Positions 1 through 11,455 of a DNA stretch of 64,000 nucleotides are shown here, piece by piece. The position numbers were made by a program, and so were the translations under genes. Position 1 is the stretch's first letter. Every line of letters begins with the position of its first letter. Below the pieces are notes generated by a model. The model was not told the DNA's origin, made no database searches, and worked only from the letters and a program-made list of their open reading frames with translations. The DNA comes from a virus (taxonomy: Duplodnaviria > Heunggongvirae > Uroviricota > Caudoviricetes), in the IMG/VR virus record IMGVR_UViG_3300032294_002926; one strand, 5' to 3'.

Positions 1-2046
1 ACTCCAGGAATGGGGTATGCGCCTCTTGTAGGCGCTTCGGTAACAGCAACCATATCAGGTGGTTCTATCACTTTAATCGGCATTGGAACCTCAGGAAACT
101 GGGGATCAGGATATAGAAATCCGGTATCAATAGCAGTTACTGAAAAAGGACATACTGGAACGGCAGCGACAATCACAGCAAATGTTGGAGCGGGTGGTAG
201 TTTATCTTTTAATATTGTTGGTGGTGGAACTGGTTATATCAACCCAACGATTAATATTTCTCCACCAAATTATAGCAATTTACCCGTCGTAGGAGTCTCA
301 AGAATTGGTATTGGTACTACAACAAAAACTGGTACTGGATTATTACTTAACATTTCTGTAGGTAGTATTTCGACTACTGGAATTGGATCCACTTTATTTC
401 AAGTTACAGATTATAAAATTACTAGAAGTGGATATGGATTTCAACGTGGCGATGTTCTTAAAGTTGTTGGATTAGTTACTGATTCCAAACTATCTCAACC
501 AATATCTGAATTCAATTTAACAGTAATTGATACATTTACAGATTCATTCTCTTCTTGGCAATTTGGTGAATTATATTATATTGATGATGTTAAAAAATAT
601 CAAAATGGAGTACGAAAGAAATTTCCATTGTATTATAATTCCACATTATTAAGTTTTGAAAAAAGTAGTACTGTTGTAGATTCGCAGTTTATAGATCTTA
701 ATGATTTGTTAATTATTTTTATAAATGGAATACTACAAAAACCCAGAGAAGCATATGAATTTAATGGTGGTAGTTCATTTATTTTTACAGAGGCGCCAAA
801 GTCTGTAGACAATATTTCAATATATTTCTATAGAGGGAGTACATTAGATAGCGTAAAAGTTACGGGTATAAACGAAACTATTAAAGTTGGAGATTCTGTG
901 CAAGTATTCAGCAATAATAATTTCTTAGACATTACAGAAACTCAAAATTCTAGGACTATTACTGCAATTAATTCATCCGACACTTTACAGACAATTAATT
1001 ACTCATCTGAGGGGATAGATATTGACACATTTAAACCATTAAGTTGGACAAAGCAAAAAACAGATAGTATTATTGATGGTGATACGATTTCAAAATCAAG
1101 AGATTCAATAAAATCACAGATTTTTCCAACTTCAAGAATTATAAGAAATTTAAATTCATCAGATACAGAATTATTCGTAGATGATGTATCCTTATTTGAC
1201 TATGAAAATCCAGAAACTTTTGATGGATTAATTGTTTCCGGACTAGTTGATCCAATTTCCGCCAAAATAAATGCAGTGGTATCAAGTGGTGGCACAATTA
1301 GTTCTTTATCGATTATAAGTGCAGGTAGTGGATATACAGGTTCATCAATAAATGTAAAAATATCCGCACCAAGAGTAATTGGAGTGGGAATTGGAACTAC
1401 AGCAACAGCGACAATAAGTGTGATCAATGGTTCTTTATCTACACCCATCACCATTACAAATCCTGGCTTTGGGTATACTACATTAAATCCACCCCAAGTT
1501 ATAGTCCCTCTACCAAATCCAATCTATGAAAATATTCGCGGAATTGCCAATGTTCAAGGTTTTTCTGGAAGTGTAGTAGGAATACAAACAGTAACTGGTA
1601 TTGGAACAAATCTTGCAATTAGATTCACATTAGTTTCTGACACATCATCTTTCACAGGACTTTCTGTGGGATATCCAATTTATATTTTTGATACCAAAGT
1701 AGGAAATGGTGTAACAAGTATCATCAATACTAACTCAAACTCAATTGGAATCGGAACAACATTTTTAGATAATATCTATTATATAAATGCATTCAATGCA
1801 TCTACAGGAATCATGACATGTAATATCCACTCCGGTTCTAATATTTCAAATGTTCCGGTAGTAGGTACTGGCGTAACTTTAGGGAGATTTTCATGGGGGA
1901 GATTGTCTGGATTTAATCGATCGTCTTCACCCATTTCTATTGGAGTTTCTGGATTCACAGTAAATTCTGGATTAACTACTTTCCCAACAATTCAAAGAAG
2001 AGGGTATGGTTTAAGGCAAAATGGATCTATTAAGAATACACTCTAA
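1..2046 (+). CDS. C-terminal part of a large baseplate wedge/structural protein (gp7-like), 5'-truncated
   Basis: Frame is open from base 1; Gly/Ser/Thr-rich beta repeats (GxGY..P); lies directly upstream of gp8 as in T4-like cyanophages. Confidence 0.6.
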   Translation, partial: TPGMGYAPLVGASVTATISGGSITLIGIGTSGNWGSGYRNPVSIAVTEKGHTGTAATITANVGAGGSLSFNIVGGGTGYINPTINISPPNYSNLPVVGVSRIGIGTTTKTGTGLLLNISVGSISTTGIGSTLFQVTDYKITRSGYGFQRGDVLKVVGLVTDSKLSQPISEFNLTVIDTFTDSFSSWQFGELYYIDDVKKYQNGVRKKFPLYYNSTLLSFEKSSTVVDSQFIDLNDLLIIFINGILQKPREAYEFNGGSSFIFTEAPKSVDNISIYFYRGSTLDSVKVTGINETIKVGDSVQVFSNNNFLDITETQNSRTITAINSSDTLQTINYSSEGIDIDTFKPLSWTKQKTDSIIDGDTISKSRDSIKSQIFPTSRIIRNLNSSDTELFVDDVSLFDYENPETFDGLIVSGLVDPISAKINAVVSSGGTISSLSIISAGSGYTGSSINVKISAPRVIGVGIGTTATATISVINGSLSTPITITNPGFGYTTLNPPQVIVPLPNPIYENIRGIANVQGFSGSVVGIQTVTGIGTNLAIRFTLVSDTSSFTGLSVGYPIYIFDTKVGNGVTSIINTNSNSIGIGTTFLDNIYYINAFNASTGIMTCNIHSGSNISNVPVVGTGVTLGRFSWGRLSGFNRSSSPISIGVSGFTVNSGLTTFPTIQRRGYGLRQNGSIKNTL

Positions 2047-2051
2047 TAAAG

Positions 2052-2059
2052 TATAAATA
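2052..2059 (+). promoter_or_regulatory. T4-type late promoter TATAAATA
   Basis: Exact gp55 late consensus 19 nt upstream of the gp8 ATG. Confidence 0.8.
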
Positions 2060-2078
2060 TAAAAAAAACTATATTAAA

Positions 2079-3656
2079 ATGCCGGCATTTGTAACAGATC
2101 AATTTAGAATTTTCAATGCATCTAATTTTATAGAATCAGTAGAAAATTCTTCAAATTCTTATTATGTATTTTTAGGTTTATCTAACTCCACGACTCCTGT
2201 ATCGGGATTTGGTAGAAATGCTAATTGGGATACAAGTACCCCCAATCCAATTGATAGTTTTGATTATTTAAATCATTATAAATCCACTATTTTATTTGGT
2301 AAAAAAATCACAAGTGCAAATATTAGAAGAGTAATTAAAAGAATTGATTGGGTATCTGGTAAACAATATGAAATGTATAGACCAGATTATAGTATTATAA
2401 ATCCATCTCCTAAAACTGGATCAATGAGATTATATGATACAGATTATTACGTAATCAATTCAGACTATAGAGTATACATTTGTATAGATAATGGGTCTTT
2501 TGAAGGTAATGTAGTAGGAAATACATCTCAAATAGAACCAAAATTTACAGATTTAGAACCAACAAAATTTTCAGACGGATATGTATGGAAATATCTTTAT
2601 ACGATTCCTCCAAGTGATATCATTAAGTTTGATTCTATTGAATACATACCAATTCCCAATAACTGGCAAACTTCCACTGACCCTCAAATAGTAGCAGTGA
2701 GAGAAAACGGAGATTCGGAATTAAACGAAAATCAAATTAAAAAAGTATACATCAAAAAACAAGGACTTGGATATTCAACAGGAACTATATCTTGTGATCT
2801 GGTGGGTGATGGGTCCAATGGAACTGCCTCAGTAACTATAGATTCATCGACTAAAATCACAGATGTAATCGTAACATCTGGTGGGAAAAATTATACTTTT
2901 GCCACGGTTAATTTAGGATCTACTTCAGGAATTTCAACATTTGCTGAATTAGTTCCTATTATACCACCTTCTAAGGGGCATGGATTTGATGTGTATAAAG
3001 AACTTGGTGCAGATAAAGTTCTAATTTATATTAGATTTGATGATTCATCTAAAGATTTCCCAATTGATACTAAATTTGCTCAAGTAGGTATTTTAAAGAA
3101 CCCTACTATTTTCAATTCAAGTAATTTATTCAGTTTGGGTGAATTTTCTGGAGTTTATTCCATGAAATTAAATGCTACTCCTACAGGAACTATAACTGTA
3201 GGAGATAGAATTCAACAAACTGTAAATGGTGGAACTGCATATGGATATGTAGTTTCTTATGATAAAGAAACTTTTGTATTAAAATACTCTCAAGATCGTT
3301 CGCTCTATTATAACGGATTTAATGGAGGTGCTGGTGGATCAAATAATCAAGATTTTTATGGAATGTCATCCTTGGCAAATTCATCTGGAACAGTACTACC
3401 ATTTACTTCGGGGTTAAATAGTTCAGAAGTATCAAAAGTTGGTGGAGGATTTAATGCCACAATTGACAGTACGTTTAATGAAAATAAAGTCACAATTTTA
3501 AACAAAATAGTTAATTTAGGTGTTACATTTAATAATGGTCTCGCTAATCCGGAAATAAATAATAGGTCTGGAGATATAATTTATATTGATAATAGATCTA
3601 CTGTTACCAGGAGTTCTAGACAAAAAGAAGACGTTAAAATTATTCTGGAATTTTAA
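2079..3656 (+). CDS. gp8: baseplate wedge subunit
   Basis: N-terminus MPAFVTDQFRIFNA, DGYVWKYLYTI motif, C-terminal RQKEDVKIILEF; synteny. Confidence 0.85.
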   Translation: MPAFVTDQFRIFNASNFIESVENSSNSYYVFLGLSNSTTPVSGFGRNANWDTSTPNPIDSFDYLNHYKSTILFGKKITSANIRRVIKRIDWVSGKQYEMYRPDYSIINPSPKTGSMRLYDTDYYVINSDYRVYICIDNGSFEGNVVGNTSQIEPKFTDLEPTKFSDGYVWKYLYTIPPSDIIKFDSIEYIPIPNNWQTSTDPQIVAVRENGDSELNENQIKKVYIKKQGLGYSTGTISCDLVGDGSNGTASVTIDSSTKITDVIVTSGGKNYTFATVNLGSTSGISTFAELVPIIPPSKGHGFDVYKELGADKVLIYIRFDDSSKDFPIDTKFAQVGILKNPTIFNSSNLFSLGEFSGVYSMKLNATPTGTITVGDRIQQTVNGGTAYGYVVSYDKETFVLKYSQDRSLYYNGFNGGAGGSNNQDFYGMSSLANSSGTVLPFTSGLNSSEVSKVGGGFNATIDSTFNENKVTILNKIVNLGVTFNNGLANPEINNRSGDIIYIDNRSTVTRSSRQKEDVKIILEF

Positions 3657-3661
3657 AAAAA

Positions 3662-6600
3662 ATGGCTCAAAAAACGAATCTTAATATAAGTCCTTATTTT
3701 GATGATTTTGCTGAAAAAGATACTGGAGCAAAAGATAAAAATTATTATAAAGTATTATTTAATCCTGGCAGATCAATACAAGCTCGTGAATTAAATACTT
3801 TACAATCTATTCTTCAGAATCAAGTAGAGACTTTTGGTAGTCATTTTTTCAAAGAAGGTTCTGTAGTTATTCCAGGAAATATTGTATATGATAATCAATT
3901 TCATGCTGTAAAGTTAAATTCTTTACAATACGGTGTAGATATTTCAAAATATTTGAACAATTACATAGGCAAAAAAATTACAGGTCAAGTATCTGGAATT
4001 ACTGCCACAATAAAATTAATTGAATTCTCAAATTCAGAAAATGATTCACCTACAATTTATGTCAAATATCTGAATTCCGATTCTAATTTTGAAATTAATT
4101 CATTTCAAGATAATGAAGAATTATTTGCTGATGATAATATTGTTTATGGGACGACAACAATATTTGCAGGTTCTCCTTTTGCAACAACAATTTCTTCAAA
4201 CGCAACATCAATTGGATCTGCTGTATCTATTGGGGAAGGTGTTTATTTTGTAAGAGGATTGTTCGTTAAAGTTCCTCAACAAACAATAATTTTAGATAGT
4301 TATACAAATACACCATCTTATAGAATAGGTCTTCGAGTTGATGAAAAGATTATTACGGCTAAAGACGATACCTCTTTAAGTGATAATGCTAAAGGTTTTA
4401 CAAATTATGCCGCTCCAGGTGCAGATAGATTTCAAATTTCTTTAGTCTTATCTAAAAAAAGTTTAACTGATATCGTTGATGTTAACTTTATTGAACTTTT
4501 AAGAATTGAGAATGGTGCAATTCAAAAAGTAGAAGTAAAATCTAGTTATGCTTTAATTAGAGATTATCTTGCTCAAAGAACATATGATGAATCTGGTGAT
4601 TATTCTATAGTTCCATTTCAATTTACATTAAATAACTCATTAAACAATAGATTGGGTAATGACGGTGCTTTTTTCAGCAATGAAAGAACAGAAATGGGCA
4701 ACATTCCTTCAGATGATCTTATGTGTATTAAGATGTCGCCAGGAAAAGCATATGTAAGAGGGTATGATATAGAAAAAACAGGAATTGAAATTCTAGATGT
4801 AGACAAACCAAGAGAAAAACAATCCGCACCTCTTACAAGTATACCTTTTGAGATGGGTAACTTACTAAGAATTAATAATCTAAGTGGTGCAGCTAAGCAA
4901 AAAAGAGTAATTTATTTCCAAAACTCAAGAAAAAATAGTACAGTGATATCTGCGGGATCTACAATTGGATCCGCAAGAATTTACACTCTTAATGTAACAG
5001 ATGCTGCATATAGCAATGCTACAACAAATTGGGATTTGTATTTATATGATATTCAAACATACACTAGATTAGTTTTAAATAAATCTCTTTCATCCACTGA
5101 ATTACCTGCAAGTTCTTATATTAAAGGAAAAAGTAGTGGTGCAAGCGGATATGCCGCTTTCGCTGGAAATAATTCAGATACAATTTTAATTAATCAAACT
5201 TCTGGAAATTTTTCTACAGGTGAACAAATTTTAATTAATGGAATAGAATTATACCCTAGATCTATATCGTCAATTAGATCTTATAGTATCGAAGACATCA
5301 AATCAGTTCATCAACCAACATCAGTTTCCGGATTTAGCACTGCTTTTATTGCGGATACCCAGTTAGAAAAAGTTATAAGAAATGAGACAATTCAAATTAC
5401 TTCCTCTGGCGGAATTAGTACTGCACGAGTAAATTTTCCTGAATCTTTTACAGGAATTTCTACGGATAATATTATTAGATATAATCGTTCAGGTAGCACC
5501 AGCGAAATCTATAACAAAGTAGTATCCATCTCCACATCAAATACTTCCATGACTTTGGAAGCGGTACCAACTGTAAATGGAATTTGTGATGGTTCATTAT
5601 CCACTTCATTTACTGGTAGTTATACTCTTGGTGTTCCGAAAATTAAAAATAGTCAAGAAGGATTTTTGTATACTAGAATACCAGATTCAAATATTGCTTC
5701 AGTAGATTTAAATGAATCTATTCTGACTTTTTCCGCTCAATCTAACTCATCTTTTCCAGCACCAGTCTCAAATACAATAACTTTAAATTCCAGTAATTTT
5801 AATCTAGGAATTAATACCGGGTTAGTTAAGTTCCAATCTTTCGACGAAGAAAGATATTCTATATTTTATTCCGATGGAACAATTGAGAATTTGACGCCAG
5901 ATAAAGTCATAATTAATCCAAGTTTAAATCAAGTAACTTTTTCAAATATCAGTAATAAAGAAATATCTGCCGTAAATGCAACTTTTATTAAAAATTCAAT
6001 TCAGAGCAAAGTTAAGAAATTTGTTCAGAGTAAAACAATTGAAGTAAATTTATCTAATATTCCACAATCAGGAAATGGAATTAGCACATCTATTAATGAC
6101 GGATTAATTTATAATCAATTTTATGGATTAAGAGTTCAAGATGAAGAAATTTGTTTAAGATATCCAGATGTTGTTAATATAATTGCGGTTTATGAGTCTT
6201 TAGATAATAATTCTCCTGTTTTAGATCAATTGACATTTAATTCAACACCAAATGTAGATTCAAATGCGATTATTGGAGAAAATATCGTAGGTAAAGTAAG
6301 TAATTCAATTGCTCGAATTGTTTCTAAAGTATCTACAAATACTTTAGGAATCGTATATTTAAATAACAATGTTTTTAGTCCTGGTGAAAATGTATTTTTT
6401 GAAAAATCTAATATAAACACAGAAATTTTAAATATTATTTTCGGTAGATATTCAAATATTACTCAAAAATTTGCACTCGATAAAGGGCAAAAAGAACAAT
6501 ATTATGATTATTCGAAAATAATAAGAAAAACAGGTGAAGTTGCACCCGCAAAAAGATTATTAATTGTGTTTGATTATTATTCAATCCCTGAAAGTGATAG

Positions 6601-9600
6601 TGGAGATTTATTCACTGTCAATAGTTATGAGAATGAAAGATTTGGATCAGATATTCCTATCTTAAAAAATAATGTAAGAGCAACAGATACTTTAGATTTT
6701 AGACCAAGAGTTCCGATTTTTACAGGAATTTCTTCATCTCCATTTGATTTTTCATCTAGAGTATTTGGCGATGAACCTAAAGTTGTTGTGACACCCAATG
6801 AAAGTTCATTAATAGGATATGAGTTTTATCTCGGTAGAATTGATCAATTATATCTCGACAAATCTGGTTCATTTGTTGTAAATAAAGGAATTTCATCGAT
6901 TAATCCAAAAGCACCAGACAAACCATTTGATGTGATGGAATTGGCAACAATCACTCTTCCACCATACCTCTATAATCCAAAAGATGCACGAATTTCTATA
7001 AGAGATAATAGAAGATATACTATGCGTGATATCGGTAAAATTGAAGATAGAGTTGAAGATCTTGAAAAAGTTACATCATTATCTTTACTTGAACTTAAAA
7101 CCCAATCATTACAATTCCAAGATGCTCAAGGTTTATCACGTTTTAAAACAGGGTTCTTTGTTGACGACTTTAAAAACACTGATTTAATTGATTCAATCTC
7201 TACAATTGAAGTAGATAGAACAAATGAAGAATTAATAACAAAAGTTTCTAGAAATAGTTTAAGTTTAAAACCAGTATTTTTTGATGATTCAACTGATGAG
7301 AATTTAGATTTATCAAGAGATCTTCCTTTATTTGATTCAAATGTCCAAAAAACTGGAGATTTAATTACATTAAAATATAATTCTGTTGAATGGATAACTC
7401 AAGGATTGGCAACAAAAACTGAAAATGTAAATCCATTTCATGTAGTTTCATACAATGGAACAGTTAAATTAAACCCAGAAAGTGACAGTTGGATAAGAAC
7501 AATTCAATTACAAGATATTAACGTTAATAAAACTTCATGGGTTTGGTTAAGAGATAATGGAGGAAGAGCTTTAATTGTTGACACACAAAGAACGTCTTCT
7601 GTTAAAAATAATTTACTTTCCTCTGGGATTGAACTTTACATGAGATCCCGAAATACAGGATTTAATATTTTTAATTTGAAACCCTTGACTCGTTATTATC
7701 AATTTTTAGATGGGAATAGTGGAGTAGATTTTATTCCAAAACTCATAGAAATTGCAACTGACTTCTCTTTAGAAAACTATGGCGCATCTAGTTCTTTTAT
7801 CGTAGGTGAAAAAGTGACTGGGTGGTTAACTTCAAATTCCGGTGATTTTATCAAATGCATTACTTTCAGAGTTGCCAAATCAAATCATAGAGAAGGTCCA
7901 TATAATAATCCATCGGCAACTTACTCTGTAAATCCATATTTTGCTTCAGAGAATATTTCAGAATTTTATAGTCCTTCATCTAAAATTTTAAATATTGATA
8001 TTGATTCTTTGTGTGCAGAAGCACAGGGATTATATTCGGGGTATTTAACGGTTGGCATGAAATTAATTGGAGAAACAAGTAATTCAGTTGCATATGTTAA
8101 AAATTTAAGATTAATTAGTGATTTTAATGGATACTTATCTGGTTCATTTTTCTTAAGAGATCCAAATACAAATCCACCACCTTCAATTAGAATTGCAACT
8201 GGATCCAAAGTATATAAAATATCTTCCAGTTCAACAAATGAAACATCTAAGGCTGGAAGTCCTTTAATCTCTAGTGCAGAAACAATTTATAAATCTGAAG
8301 GAGTTTGGGAGCAAAGGCAACGTACAACTACATCAACCACAACTTTTTATTACGTAGATCCTTTAGCCCAGTCATTTACTGTTGGAGGAGTAACTGAAAT
8401 TGATAATGGTAACGTACCAAATGAAGATGCAAATGGTGCATATTTGACTGCTGTAGACCTTTTCTTTGCTAGAAAAGATCCAAATAATGCTCCATTGACA
8501 GTAGAGATTAGAACTGTAGAACTTGGTACACCTACAAGAACAATTTTAGGTAAATCTGTAGTTTTAAATCCAAGTGATATTGTAACATCAACAAATGGCA
8601 CAATTCCAACAAAAGTTACTTTTGATTATCCTATCTATTTGGCGCCAGGATTACAATATGCAATTGTTTTACTTGCACCACAATCAGACAAATATGAAGT
8701 TTGGATTGCTGAAATGGGTGAAAAAACAATTCAAACTGCAAATCTACCAGATTCTCAAGCAGTTAGATATTCGAGGCAATTTGCAATTGGTAGATTGTAT
8801 AAATCTCAAAATGGTGCAGAATGGTCTCCAAATGATTATCAAGATCTTAAATTTAAACTTTATAAAGCAAGATTCACTTCAACATCCGGAAGTGTACTTC
8901 TTCATAATCCAACTTTAGATGAAAGTAATGGATTTGTTTCTAAATTAAATTCTAATTCTATTTCAATTGTTCCAAGAAAAGTAAAAGTTGGAATTGCAAC
9001 AACGACCAATTCTAGTGTTATCAATATATTAACTCCTGGTAAAAAAATATCGATTCAATCTGCTACTTACAATTATGGATACATTGTTTCAACTGGAAGT
9101 TCCGTTTCAAATGTAACTATTTTAAATAGTGGAACAAACTATTCAAATGGAACCGTCTCGACTTATGCTATTAATGGAAATGGTACTGGACTAACTTTAA
9201 GTTTAACGACAACTAATAGTGCAATTACATCAGCGGCAGTAGTAAATCCCGGTAATGGTTATTCTGTCGGGGATATTGTTGGAATTGTCACGTCTACAGT
9301 ATCATCCACAACAGGTAGAAATGCTAGAATTACTATTAATCAAATAACTGGAATTGATACACTCTACCTTTCAAATGTACAAGGATCTAATTTCAATGTA
9401 GGAATTTCAACTTTAGTATATTATGATGTAAATAATCAATCTCAAAGCATATCATCCATTCGAGTTCAAAGTTCAGTTCCATTTGGAGGAATATATGGCG
9501 GAAATTACTTCAAAGTAAATCATTTTAATCATGGAATGTATTCCAACATAAACAAATTGACTTTATCTAATGTAAAATCAAATGTAATTCCAACAACTTT

Positions 9601-10876
9601 GGTGGATTCATTGACAGATTCTAGTACATTTGTTAGCGTAGCATCAACAGAAAAATTTGGTGTTTTTGAAGGTATACCTGTAAGTGGTACTAATCCTGGA
9701 TTTATAAAAATCGAAAACGAAATTATTAAATATACTACAGTTAATGTAGGAATTTTAGAAGATATTGTAAGAGGTGTTGATTCAACTAAAATTACAGATC
9801 ATGATGCAAACTCTTTAGTTCATAAATATGAACTTGGTGGTGTTTCTCTAAGACGAATAAACAAGACTCATGATATTAATGATTCAAATATTGATATTGA
9901 TAGTTATTATATTCAATTTGATAGATCTAATTTTGATTCAAGTTCGAATACCACAGATAGATCTAATGATCAAGATGTATCAGAAATTAACATTCTGAAA
10001 AACACTCCTCAACTCTCATTCGCAGAAGAAATTTCTTGCGGTGGAAGTGAAATATTTGCAACAGAAAACATTCAATTTAATAGCATAACTCCAGAAATTG
10101 CGATTATAAATCCTGGTTCATCTACTAATGTAAATGGACAGATCAAAACTGTTAGTGGAACAAGTGTTGATGGTGACGAAATTTCATTCGTTGAATATCC
10201 ATATGAATCTGTTGAACTTGGAACTGAAAATAGATTAAATACACCTAGAATTATTTGTTCTAGTATAAATGAACAAACATATTTGACAACTCTTTTTAGA
10301 AGAAAATCTTTTACATTAAAACTTGATTTATCCACAACAAATTCAAACTTATCACCAGGAATTTTATGGAAAGACTCTTCTGTAAGATTGAATAGTAATA
10401 GATTAAATCGACCGATTGTTGATTTTTCAAATGATAATAGAGTCAATAGTATACTTGATGATCCACATGCAGCAATCTATATTTCAAATACCGTAAGACT
10501 TACTCAAGTAGCAACTTCACTTAAAGTATTGATTAGTGCTTATAGACATGCAAGTGCAGATTTTAGAGTATTGTATAGTTTAATTAGACCAGACTCAAGT
10601 GAAGTAAATCAGTCATTTGAATTGTTCCCAGGTTATGATAATCTTACACTTGATAATAATCAAGATGGATATTTTGATGTGATCGATCTATCTAAAAATA
10701 GTGGATTACCAGATAAAATGGTACCTGCAAGTCTAGAAAACCAATTTTTGGAATATGAATTCAGTGCAAATAATCTTGGAACTTTTACTGGTTATACTAT
10801 CAAGATTGTGATGTCTGGAACAAATCAAGCACAATCCCCACGTTTTCAAGATTTGAGAAGTATTGCATTAGCATAA
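3662..10876 (+). CDS. large virion structural protein, VrlC/DUF4815-like
   Basis: N-terminus TNLNISPYFDDF..YYKVLFNPG..QARELNTLQSILQNQ; DPLAQSF motif; 2404 aa; follows gp8. Confidence 0.75.
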   Translation: MAQKTNLNISPYFDDFAEKDTGAKDKNYYKVLFNPGRSIQARELNTLQSILQNQVETFGSHFFKEGSVVIPGNIVYDNQFHAVKLNSLQYGVDISKYLNNYIGKKITGQVSGITATIKLIEFSNSENDSPTIYVKYLNSDSNFEINSFQDNEELFADDNIVYGTTTIFAGSPFATTISSNATSIGSAVSIGEGVYFVRGLFVKVPQQTIILDSYTNTPSYRIGLRVDEKIITAKDDTSLSDNAKGFTNYAAPGADRFQISLVLSKKSLTDIVDVNFIELLRIENGAIQKVEVKSSYALIRDYLAQRTYDESGDYSIVPFQFTLNNSLNNRLGNDGAFFSNERTEMGNIPSDDLMCIKMSPGKAYVRGYDIEKTGIEILDVDKPREKQSAPLTSIPFEMGNLLRINNLSGAAKQKRVIYFQNSRKNSTVISAGSTIGSARIYTLNVTDAAYSNATTNWDLYLYDIQTYTRLVLNKSLSSTELPASSYIKGKSSGASGYAAFAGNNSDTILINQTSGNFSTGEQILINGIELYPRSISSIRSYSIEDIKSVHQPTSVSGFSTAFIADTQLEKVIRNETIQITSSGGISTARVNFPESFTGISTDNIIRYNRSGSTSEIYNKVVSISTSNTSMTLEAVPTVNGICDGSLSTSFTGSYTLGVPKIKNSQEGFLYTRIPDSNIASVDLNESILTFSAQSNSSFPAPVSNTITLNSSNFNLGINTGLVKFQSFDEERYSIFYSDGTIENLTPDKVIINPSLNQVTFSNISNKEISAVNATFIKNSIQSKVKKFVQSKTIEVNLSNIPQSGNGISTSINDGLIYNQFYGLRVQDEEICLRYPDVVNIIAVYESLDNNSPVLDQLTFNSTPNVDSNAIIGENIVGKVSNSIARIVSKVSTNTLGIVYLNNNVFSPGENVFFEKSNINTEILNIIFGRYSNITQKFALDKGQKEQYYDYSKIIRKTGEVAPAKRLLIVFDYYSIPESDSGDLFTVNSYENERFGSDIPILKNNVRATDTLDFRPRVPIFTGISSSPFDFSSRVFGDEPKVVVTPNESSLIGYEFYLGRIDQLYLDKSGSFVVNKGISSINPKAPDKPFDVMELATITLPPYLYNPKDARISIRDNRRYTMRDIGKIEDRVEDLEKVTSLSLLELKTQSLQFQDAQGLSRFKTGFFVDDFKNTDLIDSISTIEVDRTNEELITKVSRNSLSLKPVFFDDSTDENLDLSRDLPLFDSNVQKTGDLITLKYNSVEWITQGLATKTENVNPFHVVSYNGTVKLNPESDSWIRTIQLQDINVNKTSWVWLRDNGGRALIVDTQRTSSVKNNLLSSGIELYMRSRNTGFNIFNLKPLTRYYQFLDGNSGVDFIPKLIEIATDFSLENYGASSSFIVGEKVTGWLTSNSGDFIKCITFRVAKSNHREGPYNNPSATYSVNPYFASENISEFYSPSSKILNIDIDSLCAEAQGLYSGYLTVGMKLIGETSNSVAYVKNLRLISDFNGYLSGSFFLRDPNTNPPPSIRIATGSKVYKISSSSTNETSKAGSPLISSAETIYKSEGVWEQRQRTTTSTTTFYYVDPLAQSFTVGGVTEIDNGNVPNEDANGAYLTAVDLFFARKDPNNAPLTVEIRTVELGTPTRTILGKSVVLNPSDIVTSTNGTIPTKVTFDYPIYLAPGLQYAIVLLAPQSDKYEVWIAEMGEKTIQTANLPDSQAVRYSRQFAIGRLYKSQNGAEWSPNDYQDLKFKLYKARFTSTSGSVLLHNPTLDESNGFVSKLNSNSISIVPRKVKVGIATTTNSSVINILTPGKKISIQSATYNYGYIVSTGSSVSNVTILNSGTNYSNGTVSTYAINGNGTGLTLSLTTTNSAITSAAVVNPGNGYSVGDIVGIVTSTVSSTTGRNARITINQITGIDTLYLSNVQGSNFNVGISTLVYYDVNNQSQSISSIRVQSSVPFGGIYGGNYFKVNHFNHGMYSNINKLTLSNVKSNVIPTTLVDSLTDSSTFVSVASTEKFGVFEGIPVSGTNPGFIKIENEIIKYTTVNVGILEDIVRGVDSTKITDHDANSLVHKYELGGVSLRRINKTHDINDSNIDIDSYYIQFDRSNFDSSSNTTDRSNDQDVSEINILKNTPQLSFAEEISCGGSEIFATENIQFNSITPEIAIINPGSSTNVNGQIKTVSGTSVDGDEISFVEYPYESVELGTENRLNTPRIICSSINEQTYLTTLFRRKSFTLKLDLSTTNSNLSPGILWKDSSVRLNSNRLNRPIVDFSNDNRVNSILDDPHAAIYISNTVRLTQVATSLKVLISAYRHASADFRVLYSLIRPDSSEVNQSFELFPGYDNLTLDNNQDGYFDVIDLSKNSGLPDKMVPASLENQFLEYEFSANNLGTFTGYTIKIVMSGTNQAQSPRFQDLRSIALA

Positions 10877-11076
10877 TGATAAAAGTAGAAGGACATTTTA
10901 ATCTTTATAGAGACCCAAAAAGTGGAGCAATTATTAATTGTGATGAACATGCTTATAATCAATACATGAATATTATTCGTAATAGAAAAATTCAAAAAAA
11001 TGAAATTGAAACAATTAAAAATGATATTGAAGAAATAAAAGATTTATTAAAAGAACTTATAAAAAACAAAAATTAA
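10876..11076 (+). CDS. small coiled-coil hypothetical protein
   Basis: TAATG overlap with the upstream gene; LYRDPKSGAIINCD motif; usual cyanophage position. Confidence 0.7.
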   Translation: MIKVEGHFNLYRDPKSGAIINCDEHAYNQYMNIIRNRKIQKNEIETIKNDIEEIKDLLKELIKNKN

Positions 11077-11084
11077 ATTTATTG

Positions 11085-11092
11085 AATAAATA
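11085..11092 (+). promoter_or_regulatory. late promoter variant AATAAATA
   Basis: One mismatch to TATAAATA, upstream of the 11117 ORF. Confidence 0.6.
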
Positions 11093-11116
11093 TTATGAGG
11101 CCCTTAATTTAAACAA

Positions 11117-11455
11117 ATGGCAGCAGTATATGTCAATAATTTAGTAATAAATTCTGGAGTTGATTTTAGTCAATCATTTTTTTTAGAAGCATCCAATTCT
11201 TCTACATTTAATCTCACCAGTTATACTGCAAATTCCCAATTGAGAAAATGGTCTGGAAGTATTTCTTACGTATCATTTACTACAGAAATTTCAGACCCGT
11301 CTAGTGGAGAAATTGTGATTTCCTTGACATCACAACAAACTACAGCAATCAAACCAGGAAGATATATCTATGATGTAGTAATTACAGATAATTTTGGAAC
11401 TAAAAGTAAAGTGATAGAAGGTATGGTCCTTGTTAGAGAAGGTGTAACAAGATAA
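11117..11455 (+). CDS. small virion structural protein (Ig/BppU-like beta fold)
   Basis: LTSQQTTAIKPGRYIYDVVI motif; late promoter upstream. Confidence 0.65.
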   Translation: MAAVYVNNLVINSGVDFSQSFFLEASNSSTFNLTSYTANSQLRKWSGSISYVSFTTEISDPSSGEIVISLTSQQTTAIKPGRYIYDVVITDNFGTKSKVIEGMVLVREGVTR